From Eledone cirrhosa (Eukaryota), in NCBI GenBank assembly GCA_964016885.1, contig OZ024742.1:203112001-203176000 (forward strand): DNA of 64,000 bases. Reading direction: 5' to 3'. A program made the translations under genes and the position numbers. Of this stretch, positions 1-12,338 are shown in pieces; the stretch's first letter is position 1, and each line of letters begins with the position of its first letter. The notes below the pieces were generated by a model that was not told the DNA's origin, made no database searches, and saw only the letters and a list, made by a program, of their open reading frames with translations.

Positions 1-146
1 ATCTATCACTATGTATAATGCGTGTACCATATTCTAAGTATGTTGGCATCAATATTAAACCTACAAGAACTCACGAATATCCCATGTATACATCTATCAA
101 TCTAGACATCTATTCATGTGCCTGTCGATTTATTTACCTATATCTA

Positions 147-268
<122 letters not shown>

Positions 269-410
269 TACAAATATTAATAAAATAGATGTTCTTTTGA
301 TCAATTAATTATATTATACATATTTCATGCTTCCAATCTACTGTAAAACTCATTCTTTGATATACTCATTTAATCTTGTTTAACTCTTTAATATATATAT
401 ATATTAAATT

Positions 411-479
<69 letters not shown>

Positions 480-734
480 AAAGAATAGAGGTGTAACACA
501 CAAGTTATGATATATTGGTAAACGGAAAAGAAAATGCTGACAAATTGTTCACAGTGAAAAATAGTTTAATTAGGAATAAGTGAGAATTAGTAATAGTATT
601 GGTTATTATTCAGTTTTGGTTTTAAGTTTTACCGGTTGCGCATTTCTAATGCTTTTCAAAAATAATTTTGAGATACAAGGCCAGCAATTACCCAGTGCAT
701 TACTGGTACTTTATTTTATCGACCCCCAATAAAT

Positions 735-1620
735 TTGAAGACTAAAATCCAAAGAGGGCTCGATAAGGATAAATATATATCAAATACATAAGAACCGTAG
801 AACAAATATTTATTAAAATAACAGATTAAAGTTTAAGCAAAGAATCGCTGCTTTCACCCTTAACGGGATCTTCTGAAACTAACAAAGTCAATCTGTGAGT
901 CGGTGATTAATTTCGACGACTCTATTTGGATAAAAAAATCTAATAGTACCCCATTCACCGTGAGTATGGGCGCCAGCGATTCTGCGGAGGTTACTGATTT
1001 TATCGGCCTTTTCCTTGTTTTCTCTATCAAGGAAACATTCCCCAACGTGGCCGGTGGTTTGTACCGTGATGATGGTCTTTTGGCCATGACTAAGTGCGGC
1101 CCAAGTGCTTGCGAAAAGAACTCAGAAAAGAACTCACAGCCTTCTTTAAAGGCTTCAACCTCTCCATACAGGTTGAGGCCAACCTCTCGGTCGTTAATTA
1201 TCTCGACGTTACCCTCAATTTATCGAATGGCTTGCATTACCCGTATAGAAAGCCGAATGATACGCTTAGTTACATAAGTAAGCATTCTAACCATCCTGCC
1301 AGCATAACCAAAACCTGGTAAGAAACGTTTCTTTGAGGCTTTCCTGTCTATCTACTAACGAGCATATTTTCAACGACCATTCCACATATTACAATGAAGC
1401 TCTTGCTCGGAGTGGATTTGTCGATAAGGTAGCATATACAGAGTACGAGAATAGACCTAGAAGAAATAGATTCCGACGCATTATTTGGTATAACCCATCA
1501 TATAATATGGAGGTGGCCACACCATTAGCTAAGATTTTTCTCTCCCTTATTACGAAGCATTTTCCCTCTACACATAAATATAGTAACATTTTTAATAGAA
1601 ATACTATTACAATTTCTTAC
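735..1620 (+). mobile_element. Penelope-like element fragment: inverted pLTR (735-899) + frameshifted RT C-terminal half (903-1620)
   Basis: ORFs 903/1094/1333 give PLE RT motifs MGASDS, GLYRDDGL, YLDVTLNL..G..YPYRKPND, SNHP, IIWYNP, KHFP..HKY..IFNRNT. 735-899 is the reverse complement of about 28318-28480. Confidence 0.88.
830..880 (-). ncRNA. Hammerhead-ribozyme-like motif, variant core, in Penelope pLTR
   Basis: Minus strand reads agttt-CAGAAGA-tccc gttaa gggt-GAAA-gca..tgc-TT-aaact; same as 28334-28384(+). Confidence 0.55.
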
Positions 1621-2562
1621 ATATGGTGGGTATTGACATGTTTCCTGGACCTAGACGATGACGCATTAATATCCATGGGAAAGGCTGGGTGACGCCTTCA
1701 GTGGAACGGGCCTCGAACTTGTAGTTCAAATGAGGCCCGAAAGGATCGCCCAGATCCCTGAACGCGTCATACTGGATGATCAAACTTTTATTAACATTAC
1801 CGTTGAGGGTAGGCGGCCCTCGTGTTATCTCTGTAGAGCCAGAGGTCACCTGAAGGATGTCTGTCCTCAACTTAAAAAGAAAACCCCAATCCTGCCTACA
1901 ACACCAACAACTGCACAACCAACACAGTCACCACAACCACCACTACAAAAACAACAACCACAGCTCAAACCAAAACAATTTCCAAAACACCCGCACCGCA
2001 AACACAACCCGAAAATCTACCCCTCGTTCGTCGTCAGACGAGCAGGAGCACTTCCACACAATCAAAAGAAAAAAAAAGAAAACACACCTCAGACACACAA
2101 ATGAAAACAACCCCTCCCCAAAACATAACACAGACACCAACACAAAAGAGCACACAACAGCAAACAAAAAACACCACACAAAAACAAAAACATGCATACA
2201 CATACATAAACACAAGAAATTAAAAACTGCTAAACATTGTATACAACAACAATTTAGTGAAAACCCAAGGGCCTAACTTCACACAGGCAGGGGATTTCCC
2301 CCACCTCAAAATGATTAAGGCCCTAGTGGACACATACAAAACGCTAAAAAGCAACTTTAAAGAGGACGTGCCCCCCCCCCCCCCCCCTGCGTCAGGCCCA
2401 TTAACCGCGTCTCCTAAAAAATTTCCCCACCCCTCCCCAAACACCCCAACCACACCGCACACTGATGCCCCTACACTTCCACAAACCACCACACCACCCA
2501 ACAACCCATCCCCCACCCTCATGGAAATTGTGTAGCCCGATACCCGGGACGCAGAGAGGTAA
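1621..2562 (+). pseudogene. ORF1 (gag-like, CCHC knuckle) remnant of Tx1 family A
   Basis: Colinear similarity to ORF1 10507-12297 (IWW, MRPERI..IPERVI.D, EGR, PHLK.I); frameshifts and stops. Confidence 0.85.
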
Positions 2563-2586
2563 GTGCCTTTTCTCTTCACCACCAAC

Positions 2587-5500
2587 ATGGCAATGCTAAG
2601 AGTAGGCTGTCTAAATTCGCGTGGCCTGGGCTCAACTTGGAAGCAAGCAATGCTTCTAAATGACCTCAGGTCACAACGTATAGATGCGATGGTTATTTGC
2701 GAGGCCCGGATCAGCAACGTGCGACAGCTGGCCCCCACCTTTGATGACTTTGAGATGCACGCATCTCTCTGTCAGCCCGGAGGTGGGGGTAGGGTTGTCG
2801 TTCTGCTGCAAAAACATCTGGGTCTCGCAACACAGACGGTACATTTGGACCCGGAGGGTCGACTAGTTGTTCTGGATCTTGGCAGTGGTGAAGGCGGAGC
2901 GTTTAGGCTGGTAGCCGTCTACGGCCTTTTCGGGTCAACGCGGCCGGACTTCTTCCATCGTCTGGAGACTTTTCTAGGGACGACCCGCTCCTTCCTATTA
3001 GTGGGGGACTGGAATGGTATCTTAGATGCACGTTGGGACTACGTAGGGGCCTGTCCCTATAGAGAGGGGTGTAACAGTCTCAAAGGGTTAATCGGCCGAT
3101 TTGACCTGGTCGATAGATATCGACTAGATTTTACGACTGCGCAACCTGGACTTGGGCAAACCGCAGCGGATCATCTAGGTCGTACCTAGATAGGTTCTTA
3201 GTTAGAAATAAGGATAAGGACTTTTTAAGTTGTCCAAAAATGCTCATGGTTGGCTATTTAGACCACAAGTTAGTGACCTGCATGGTCAACCTTGACAGAA
3301 CGCATAGACAGGGACCCGGTTACTGGAAGCTCAACTTGTCCTTACCGGCAAGTAAGGCTTACAGGGACCGGATTAGAGTAGACTCTATAGAATTTAGTAA
3401 GGAGTTAGCTTCAAATAGAAATAGGAAGGAAAGGGAGTTGGTAGATAGTGTAGAAGAGGCAATTAGAAGCGGCGACGTGACCAGAGTGCTAGCGTCGAGA
3501 ACGGCCCTGGGCCAGTTCTTCGACGCGAAACACGAAGGCTGCATCGTCCGAAGCAAAAAAAGTGCTCTGGGAAACGAGGGGACCAAAGCTGTTAGCTGGG
3601 CCTGCGTGACAGAGACCAAAAGAAGGACTAGATCCACTACCTGGTCTTTGGGAGACCAGGATGTACGGGTGATCCTTGAACCTAAGCAGATGTGCGAGGC
3701 TTTTCAAAAACACTTTGCCAGATTGTTCGGAAGGGGCGGGGAGCCGGTTGGGGAAATGGACTTCGATCCATACCTCCACGGCCTGCCGCGTCTCTCGGAC
3801 AAGGAGGCGGAGTCCTGCGAGGAGCCGATTTCAGCCGCTGAGATAGAGGACGTGCTGAGCCAATGCAGCAAACGCAAATCCCCGGGTCTCGATTGTCTTC
3901 CATACGAACTATATCTAGCTATACCGCACTTGTTCCCCGATCTCGTCGAGGCGGTCTACTGCAACTGGCAACAGAACGGGAGAATTCCCTGTGCTGTGAC
4001 CAAGGGCGTAGTCACGCTAGTGAGGAAGGATGAGAACAAGGGGGACGATATAAATAATTTCAGGCCCATAACTCTGCTAAATACAGTTACAGATTTTGGC
4101 CAAGGTGCTAGCAAAGAGGTTGGCGCTTGTCGTGGGCAACCTGGTGGGAGATGCGCAGACATGTGCTATCCCGTCCAGGTCCATCCACGACACCTCCACC
4201 TCATGCGATACATCATAGAGAGGGTTGGGAACGAACCCGGCTTTGGTGAGGCCCTGATCAACTTGGATCAATCTAAGGCGTTCGATAGGGTCGACCACGG
4301 TTACCTGGATGCGGTGCTAGCGGTGGCAGGCTTCGGACCCATTTTCAGGGGCTGGAAAACTGCCATGCACAGCAGCCGCATCTGCACTAGGGTCAAGTTG
4401 AACGGCTACCTCTCGGAGCCGTTCGAAATCGCGCGGTCCATCCGACAAGGGTGCCCTCTCTCCTCCCTTCTGTATGTAACGACTCTAGAGCCACTGCTGC
4501 GGAAGTTGGAGTTGTTGCAGGGCATTCCGTTGGAACCTGGATTGCGGAAAGCGGTGTCGGTCTACGCCGATGACGTAACAGTAATGGTGTCGATGGCCTC
4601 GGAAATCGGGGCGATCGGCACCTTACTGGAGGAGTACTAAATGTTTACAGGGGCTAAGCTGAACCGGGACAAGTCGATCGGTCTACAACTCGGCATGTGG
4701 AGGGGAAAATCGATGCCCTCCGATGCCGTCGTCGGGCGCTGGACGGAAGGCCCGGTGAAGTTGCTCGGGGTCTGGTTCGGACCAGACCTCCAGGTGGAGA
4801 AGAACTGGGGTGAGGTAACGAACAGGGTGTTTGCACTGACCCAGAAGTGGGCCGAGTGCAAACTGTCCCTGAAAGGTCGGGCGGAGGTGGCGAACACTTA
4901 TATAGTGTCCGTCATCTATTACCGCCTGACCGTCGTGCCTTACCCATGGGAAACGCTCGCCAAAATGGAGCGTGCACTCTTGCAATTCCTTTGGAAGAAG
5001 CGGGCTCCTATGGTGAGGAGATCCATCTGCTGGCACACCGAGTGTGCCCAGGCGCTCACGGCTCTCTGGCAGGCGGACCCGGCTGTCAGTGGAGAATCCA
5101 CCTCGTCATTCTATAGAGGGCTAGTGGTTAGAAGGTGCGACGACGCCCTCAGAGAAGCCCTAGGCATGGAGGAAAACGAACTGGCCAACCTGTTCGGTAG
5201 GACATTCAGCCCGGGACCTATGGACAACTTCCAGAGGTCCCTGGCGTGGCAGTGCTACCGAGGGACTCTGCCCATTCCAGAAAGGCTCTACAGACACGGG
5301 CGCCCGGGTAGGGACCCCGCCAGAAGGATCTGTCCCAGATGCGTGTGGGACGAGGAAACCATTGCACACGCATTGGTACACTGCTCGGGCATTGCCGATC
5401 TGTGGGGCTATGTCGAACGACTACTGTCACGGGTGGAACCGATCCGGTTGACCACCGAGTCTATTGTAACGATCAAGCCGCCTCCCCTCTTCAAAAACGA

Positions 5501-5747
5501 AGGAGAGGCGGTGTTTCTGTGCATAATAGCCATGGCGAAAGAGGTTGTATGGTGGACGCGTCTGAAAGGACTGAGGTCAGACACCTTTCTCTTTGGCCAA
5601 CAACTGGTCCGTTTCTTCCGATATCATTTCGGAAGAAGGATCAGGATGGAGAGAGAGGTGCTGCACCCCAGCCGTTTTTATGAAAGATAGGTGAAAGTGG
5701 CGAGAATGGCCCGTGTGAATGGACCTTCATTCTACATCAGACTGTAG
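2587..5747 (+). pseudogene. ORF2 (APE-RT-zinc finger) of Tx1 family A, disrupted
   Basis: ORF pieces 2563, 3240, 4641 align to 12339-15722; frameshifts near 3140 and 4090-4190, stops at 4638 and 5688; ancestral stop at 5745-5747 inferred from alignment with 6467-6469. Confidence 0.9.
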
Positions 5748-6072
5748 GTGAGAAAAATGAAAGATCAAGGGAGCACCTCTCTCTGTGCTCCTGAGGAGAA
5801 TGGTTGCACACTTTTTCGGGGGTGTGTGCGACCCCCCAAGGCGCCTCCTCCCTATTGAGGATTTTGTTATTCAATTTATTTTTGTTATATTTTATATCTT
5901 ATATTTTTATATTTTGTTATTGCCTCCTCCTTATTGAAGACGCCTTTTTATGTAAACTCCCCCCATTGTACTTGTCCCACTCTTTGACGCCCTGGTGGCA
6001 AATAAAAAGAAAGTTATCTATTTATCTAAAGAAATTTATCTATTTATTTATCTATCTATCTATCTATCTGTC

Positions 6073-6713
6073 CATTGAAACAGTCCTGTACGCAATTGTA
6101 CACTGCCCGGGCGTAACTGACCTGTGGAACTATGCAGAACAACTGCTGTCGCGTATGGGACAAATCCAGTTGACTGCCGAGTTCATAGTAAGCATCAAAC
6201 CGCCAGCCTCTTTCAAAAACGAAAGAGAGGCGGTTTTCCTCTGTACGGTGGCTATGGTGAAAGAAGTTATATGGTAGACGAGATTGAGAGGACTGAGGAC
6301 ATATGCCTTTCTCTCCGGACAACAATTGATTCCCTTCTTTAAGTATCACTTTAGAAGGAGAATCAGGGTGGAGAGAGAGGCACTGCACCCCAGTATTTTT
6401 ACTGAAAGGAGGGTGAATGAAGCGAAAAGGGCCCGATTGATTGGGCCTTCTCTGTTTATAAGCCTGTAGGTTGATGAAGAGAGCAAAAGGAAGAAAGGAT
6501 CACTTGCACAACACGCTCCTGGTGTTGAGAGTTGTTCTATCGACGGGGTATTAAACAACCCATTTGTGGCGCCTCCCCCCTATTGGGGATTTCGATTGTT
6601 GTAATTGTTTGTTTTTTATATTTTTTACACGACTAAAATCCCCGGCATGTCTTTGTATTGTCCCCTTTTCTTGTGCGCCCTTGTGGCTAATAAAGAAATA
6701 TATCTATCTATCT
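6073..6713 (+). mobile_element. Tx1 family B, short 3' fragment (copy B1)
   Basis: Near-identical to about 15389-16020; retains the intact C-terminus ..RARLIGPSLFISL*; AATAAA 6689-6694 then TATCTATCTATCT. Confidence 0.93.
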
Positions 6714-6714
6714 T

Positions 6715-9700
6715 GTAGTCCTAGACGTGAACAGTATTGGAGGTGGAACCTTCAGACTGGCGGCCGTTTATGCCCCGACCGGGCAATCGCAATCACGGCC
6801 AGACTTCTTTAAGCGTCTAGAGTCTTTTCTGGGAACGTCTCGCTCCTTACTTTTAGTGGGGGACTGGAATGGTATCCTAGATGCACGATGGGACTATGTG
6901 GGAGCATGTCCCAGTAAAGCGGGGTGCAACAGCCTCAAAACTTTAATCGGCCAATTCCAACTGGCCGATAGGTATCGACTGGATTTCCCGACTGCACCAC
7001 AGTGGACGTGGGCAAACCGCAGTGGGACATCTAGATCGTATTTAGATAGGTTCTTCATTAGAGAGAGAGACAAGGAGATGTTAAGCTGTCCACGAATGCA
7101 CATGGTTGCCTATTCAGATCACAAGTCAGTCGTCTGTTTAGTCAACCGTGATAGAATACATAGACAGGGACCCGGATACTGGAAGCTGAATGTGTCGTTG
7201 CCGGCACGTAAAGCTTACAGTGAACGGATAAGTATACTAGTCAAGCAACAGTTAACGGGAGCCATCGTCAACAATAGATGGTGGTACTCTCTCAAGAAAG
7301 CAATTAGAATAGAATCAGTAGGGTATACCTTACAGAAAAACAGAATAGAAAGAGAACTAGTAACCAAGGTAGAGGAGGCACTTTGAAGTGGCAACGCGGC
7401 TAGAGTGTTAGCGTCGAGAACGGCACTGGACCAGTTCTTCGATGCGAAACACGAAGGCTGCGTGGTCAGAAGCAAAACACGTGCTCTAGGAAACGAAGGA
7501 GCGAAAGCTGTCAGCTGGGCCCGAGTGACGGAGGCAAAAAGTGGCAACAAGTCCACGATTCGGTCTTTGAAAGACCAAAACGGACGCGTGCTACTTGACC
7601 CCAAGCAAATGTGTGCGGCCTTTCAGCGGCACTTTGCGCGACTCTTTGAGTAGAACGACGGTGTGCCGAACGGGGCAATGGACTTTAGTTCATACCTCGA
7701 CGGCCTTCTGCGTCTCTCGAACACGGACGCCGAGTTCTGCGAAAGACCGAACACGGACACTGAGATACGGAACGCTCTGGGCCGCTGCAGGAAACGCAAG
7801 TCACCCGGTCTAGATGGTCTACCCTACGAGTTTTACATAGGCATGCCGGACTTGTTATCTGGCGTCCTCGAAGCCGTCTACTGCAATTGACAGCAGAACG
7901 GGAGAATTCCCAGTTCTGCAGGCAAGGGCGTAGTAACGCTGATCAGGACAGACGAGAACAAGAGGGACGAAATTAACAACTTCAGGCCCATAAGTCTGCT
8001 CAATACAGAGTTAAAGATTTTGGCCAAGGTGCTAGCGACGAGGTTGGCGCTTGTCGTCGAGAATCTGGTAGGGAAAGCGCAAACGTGTGCAATCCTGACC
8101 AGGTCCATACGCGACAACCTCCACCTCATGCGATACATCATAGAGAGAGTGGGTAGTAAACCCGGCTTCGGTGGGGCTCTGATCAACTTGGATCAGTCTA
8201 AGGCATTCGATAGGGTCGACCATCGATACTTGGAAGCGGTTCTCAAGGCGGCCGGTTTCGGTCCCGTGTTCAGAGGCTGGATCGAGGCGATGCACACCAG
8301 CATCTGCTCGAGAGTCAAGGTGAACGGCTACCTATCGGAGCCGTCCGCAATCACGCGTTCCATTCGAGATGGGTGCCCGCTCTCCTCCATGGTGCTCTCC
8401 TTCATGCCCGCTTTCCTCCATGGTGCTCTCCTCCATGCCCGCTCTCCTCCATGGGTGCCCGCTCTCTAGAGCCACTACTGTGGAAATTGGAGCTGTTGCA
8501 GAGCATCCCTCTAGAACCGGGACTGCTCAAAGCGGCGTCGGCTTATGCCGACGACGTGACGGTAATGGTGTCGAGCACCTCGGAAATCGGGGTGATCGGC
8601 AACTTACTGAAAGAATACGAAACGTTGACGGTAGCAAAACTAAACCCGGACAAATCTGTCGGTTTGCAACTCGGTACGTGGAGAGGCAAACCGATGACGT
8701 CCGACAGCGTCGTTGGACGCTGGACGTACGGACCGGTGAAATTGCTCGGGGTCTGGTTCGGTTCAGACCTCCAGGTGGAGAAAAATTGGAACGAGGACAC
8801 GGCCAAGGTGTTTGCATTCACCCAGAAGTGGGCAGAGTGCAAACTGTCCTTGAAAGGTCGAGCGGAGGTGGCGAACACTTTCATAGCGTCCGTCATCTAC
8901 TACCGCTTGACTGTCGTGCCTTGTTCCCGTGAACACCTCGCCAAGATGGAACGCATGCTCTTCCAGTTTCTGTGGAAGAAGCAGGCTCCGCTGGTGAGGA
9001 GATCCGTCTGCTGTCAGCACGCTTCCAACGGAGGGCTGAGAATGCCGTGGATGATGATGCGCAAACATGCGCTGAGGCTGCGGCATCTCCAGGTATTCTT
9101 CACCGACCCCCAACCGGTGTGGGCACCGTTTGGAGACAGGCTTTCCCACAGCTCGTCTCGCTGACGGAGCTGCAGTCCTGGGTGAAGAAAAGACTGAAAA
9201 CAATGGGCGCCTGGCACATTGAATGCGCTCAGGCGCTCACAGTCCTCTGGCAAGCGGGCGCAGTAATCAGTGGAGACTCCACTTCGACATTCTATAGAGG
9301 GATTGTACGTTACAAGGGCGACTACGTGCCCGGAGAGACTCTGGGCGTCGAAGACGATGAGCTCACCAGTCTGTTTGGTAGGACTTTCCGCCCGGGACTT
9401 ATGGGCAACTTCCAGAGGTCCCTGGCCTGGCAGTGATACCGAGGAGCTCTACCGGTTCGTGACAAGATCTACAGGCACGGACGCCCCGGCACGAATCCTT
9501 CCAAGAGGACGTGTCCAAGATGCGCGCAGGACATTGAAACAGTCCTGCATGCAATTGTACACTGCCCGGGCGTAACCGACCTGTGGAACTATGCAGAACA
9601 ACTGCTGTCGCGTATGGGACAAATCCAGTTGACTGCCGAGTCCATAGTAAGGATCAAACCGCCAGCCTCTTTCAAAAACGAAAGAGAGGCGGTTTTCCTC

Positions 9701-10169
9701 TGCACGGTGGCTATGGTGAAAGAAGTTATATGGTGGACGAGATTGAGAGGACTGAGGACAGATGCCTTTCTCTCCGGACAACAATTGATTCCCTTCTTTA
9801 AGTATCACTTTAGAAGGAGAATCAGGGTGGAGAGAGAGGCACTGCACCCCAGTAAATTTACTTAAAGGTGGGTGAATGGCCCGAGTGATTGGGCCTTCTC
9901 TGTTTATAAGCCTGTAGGTTGAAGAAGAGAGCAAAAGGAAGAAAGGAGCACTTGCACAACACGCTCCTGGAGTTGAGGGTTATTCTATCGACGGGGTATT
10001 AAACAACCCATTTGTGGCGCCTTCTCCCTATTAGGGATTTCGATTGTTGTAATTATTTGTTTTTATATTTTTTACACGACTGTATGTAAAATCCCCGGCA
10101 TGTCTTTGTATTGTCCCCTTTTCTTGTGCGCCCTTGTGGCTAATAAAGAAATCTATCTATCTATCTATC

Positions 10170-10200
<31 letters not shown>

Positions 10201-10202
10201 CT
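6715..10202 (+). mobile_element. Tx1 family B, 5'-truncated copy B2 (ORF2 pseudogene)
   Basis: Near-identical to 12618 onward; multiple stops and frameshifts; AATAAA 10142-10147, (ATCT)n 10151-10202. Confidence 0.95.
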
Positions 10203-10506
10203 CTCTTTCTGTCTAACGTGTGGAATATCGCCGGTAAGTTTTTTGTTAATTTCTATGCAAAAAACCGATCTAATTGTTTGATAAAAATACAACACTTTGT
10301 AGATTAACCCCCAAGCTGAATTGTCAGCTGGGTGGTAATCCCATTTTTCGCCCCTGTAGGGGCGAACATTTTATTTAAAAGTTTGTTTTAAAATATCAAA
10401 TTTTACAAAGTAAAAAAACTTGAGCAACACTAGAACGCTGGAGAACGTTAATAGAGAAAAGAGAGAGAAAGAGGCAGATATTAACGTTATATCTGCTTCT
10501 GCTGCT

Positions 10507-12297
10507 ATGGACGTTGCCATAGATACTGTCACAAAAGAAAAAAATATATCAACATTTGAAAATGTTACAATTTCTACCGCCGAAGCGGAGAAAAATGACA
10601 ATAACACACGGGAAAACTCGGCAAAAAAACCCATTGACATACATACACATGAAAAAGACATCAACAACTCTACAGATACATCTACACATAAAATTTCCAA
10701 CAACGATAACATCATTATTAACAACAACATCACACAAAAAAAGAAAATGACTTTCGCTGACACAGTCAACAAGAAACAAGATTTTATAAATCTTGATATC
10801 TCCAACGCAAGAGATATGCTCCAGCAAGGGAGAAAATTTGTAACTTTCGAAGAAAGAGGTGGGTTTAGAATTAACTCACCCCTTGAAATAAAGGAAGACA
10901 CAAACCGCCGATCAGTCACTTTTAGGACTGTGTCAAATTCGTCAAGAAAACCGACATTTGTTAATCAGTCAGATATAGAAGATTCTTTCAAGGAGATTCT
11001 AGGAAATGTCGATTTTCTCCAGCGAGGAAAACAGTACGGAAGTGTTTCCGTACTGTTTAAAAGCGAGGCACTGGCCCCAAAAAACTCTGTGACACCAATA
11101 GTGTCAAAAGCATACACCTTTTTCCCTACATACATGGGGAAAAGGACACAAAAAATAAAAATAAAAAACATACCTCCAAGCATTAACATCTGGTGGATCT
11201 TGGCTGGCTTCGTAGAGCCAGAAACAGACATAATACTTTCGATACGAAAATCCATTCGACAAAGGTGGGCGGGCACCGATTTGGAGATTCTGTTGCAAAT
11301 GAAACCGGAGAGAATCTCCAAAATACCCGAAAGAGTCGTTATTGATAATAACAACAAAATAAACATTTCGGTAGAAGGAAGAAAATTTCACTGCTTTCGC
11401 TGTGGTAGCACATCTCACCTAAAAGCCTCTTGTCCACAAACACACAACAGCAACATCATAAAAAAAACGCTATTACCAACACCAACACCAAAACAACCAC
11501 CACCACCACCACAAGTACAACGACAGACGAAACGAGCAACCACACCAAAACAAACAGACACTCAACCAACAACAACAGAAAAAACAGAGACAACACCCCT
11601 GAAGAACACATCCCCACTCTATCCCACTCCATCAAACACTACCACAAACACACATACCGAAACACCACCACCACCACACAACATACCCTTACCCCACACA
11701 CCTGACGATGATTATTCATCGACGGATGAAGCTACTTCTCCTTCTTTAAGTGAAGAAGAGGGAGAACCGCGGAAATCCAAAAAACAAAAAAAGAGACACC
11801 ACAAAACCCCCAAAACTCCAATCACCAACACCAACACACAACCACAGACACAAACAACAACACAAACAACACCACAGTCAAACATCCCCCTATCAGCAAA
11901 ACCAGCACCAACACCACCCCAAACACAAGCACCCACCATAAAAAGAAAACTCCCAGATGAACAACAAACTAAAACAATACAACAAAAACACAAACAACAA
12001 TACGCATACATCAACACAAACAACAAGAGTTTGATGGAGGTCATCTCCCAAAACCCCAAGGTGGAGACGGAGGGCAAAACTTTCGTCAAGGCAGAATCGT
12101 CTCCACACCTTAAACTTATAAGGGTTTCTATGGAAACCTATAAAGACCTGAAAATTAAATTTTCACAGGACGTGGGCAACCCCTGCCACAAACCCATCAA
12201 CCGCGTCTTGTTGAAAGGTTTCCCCACCCCACCCAACACCCCATCCAGCACCCAAATGGAGATTGAACAACCCGATCTCCAGGAAACGAAAAGGTAA
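10507..12297 (+). CDS. Retrotransposon ORF1 protein (CCHC zinc knuckle, P/T/Q-rich linker, basic NLS-like patch)
   Basis: Open frame from 10420; first ATG at 10507 in GCTATGG context; CFRCGSTSHLKASC at 11392-11433. Confidence 0.88.
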   Translation: MDVAIDTVTKEKNISTFENVTISTAEAEKNDNNTRENSAKKPIDIHTHEKDINNSTDTSTHKISNNDNIIINNNITQKKKMTFADTVNKKQDFINLDISNARDMLQQGRKFVTFEERGGFRINSPLEIKEDTNRRSVTFRTVSNSSRKPTFVNQSDIEDSFKEILGNVDFLQRGKQYGSVSVLFKSEALAPKNSVTPIVSKAYTFFPTYMGKRTQKIKIKNIPPSINIWWILAGFVEPETDIILSIRKSIRQRWAGTDLEILLQMKPERISKIPERVVIDNNNKINISVEGRKFHCFRCGSTSHLKASCPQTHNSNIIKKTLLPTPTPKQPPPPPQVQRQTKRATTPKQTDTQPTTTEKTETTPLKNTSPLYPTPSNTTTNTHTETPPPPHNIPLPHTPDDDYSSTDEATSPSLSEEEGEPRKSKKQKKRHHKTPKTPITNTNTQPQTQTTTQTTPQSNIPLSAKPAPTPPQTQAPTIKRKLPDEQQTKTIQQKHKQQYAYINTNNKSLMEVISQNPKVETEGKTFVKAESSPHLKLIRVSMETYKDLKIKFSQDVGNPCHKPINRVLLKGFPTPPNTPSSTQMEIEQPDLQETKR

Positions 12298-12338
12298 GTG
12301 CACCTTTCGTCCTTTTTCTCCAACTTTTCTTCACCAAC

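Larger units (their letters stand above)
1621..6070 (+). mobile_element. Tx1-like non-LTR retrotransposon, family A, 5'-truncated and decayed
   Basis: ORF1 remnant with CYLCRARGHLKDVC knuckle; ORF2 fragments with APE (NSRGL, GDWN, DH), RT (KSPGLD, FRPITLLN, KAFDRVDH, RQGCPLS, YADD) and CPRC..ETIAHAL..C; AATAAA near 6001 then (ATCT)n. Confidence 0.93.

Noticed and set aside
10290-10375. HDV-like ribozyme in the 5'UTR (GGCGAA present)
   Set aside because: Could not find P1/P3/L3 elements or the pseudoknot.
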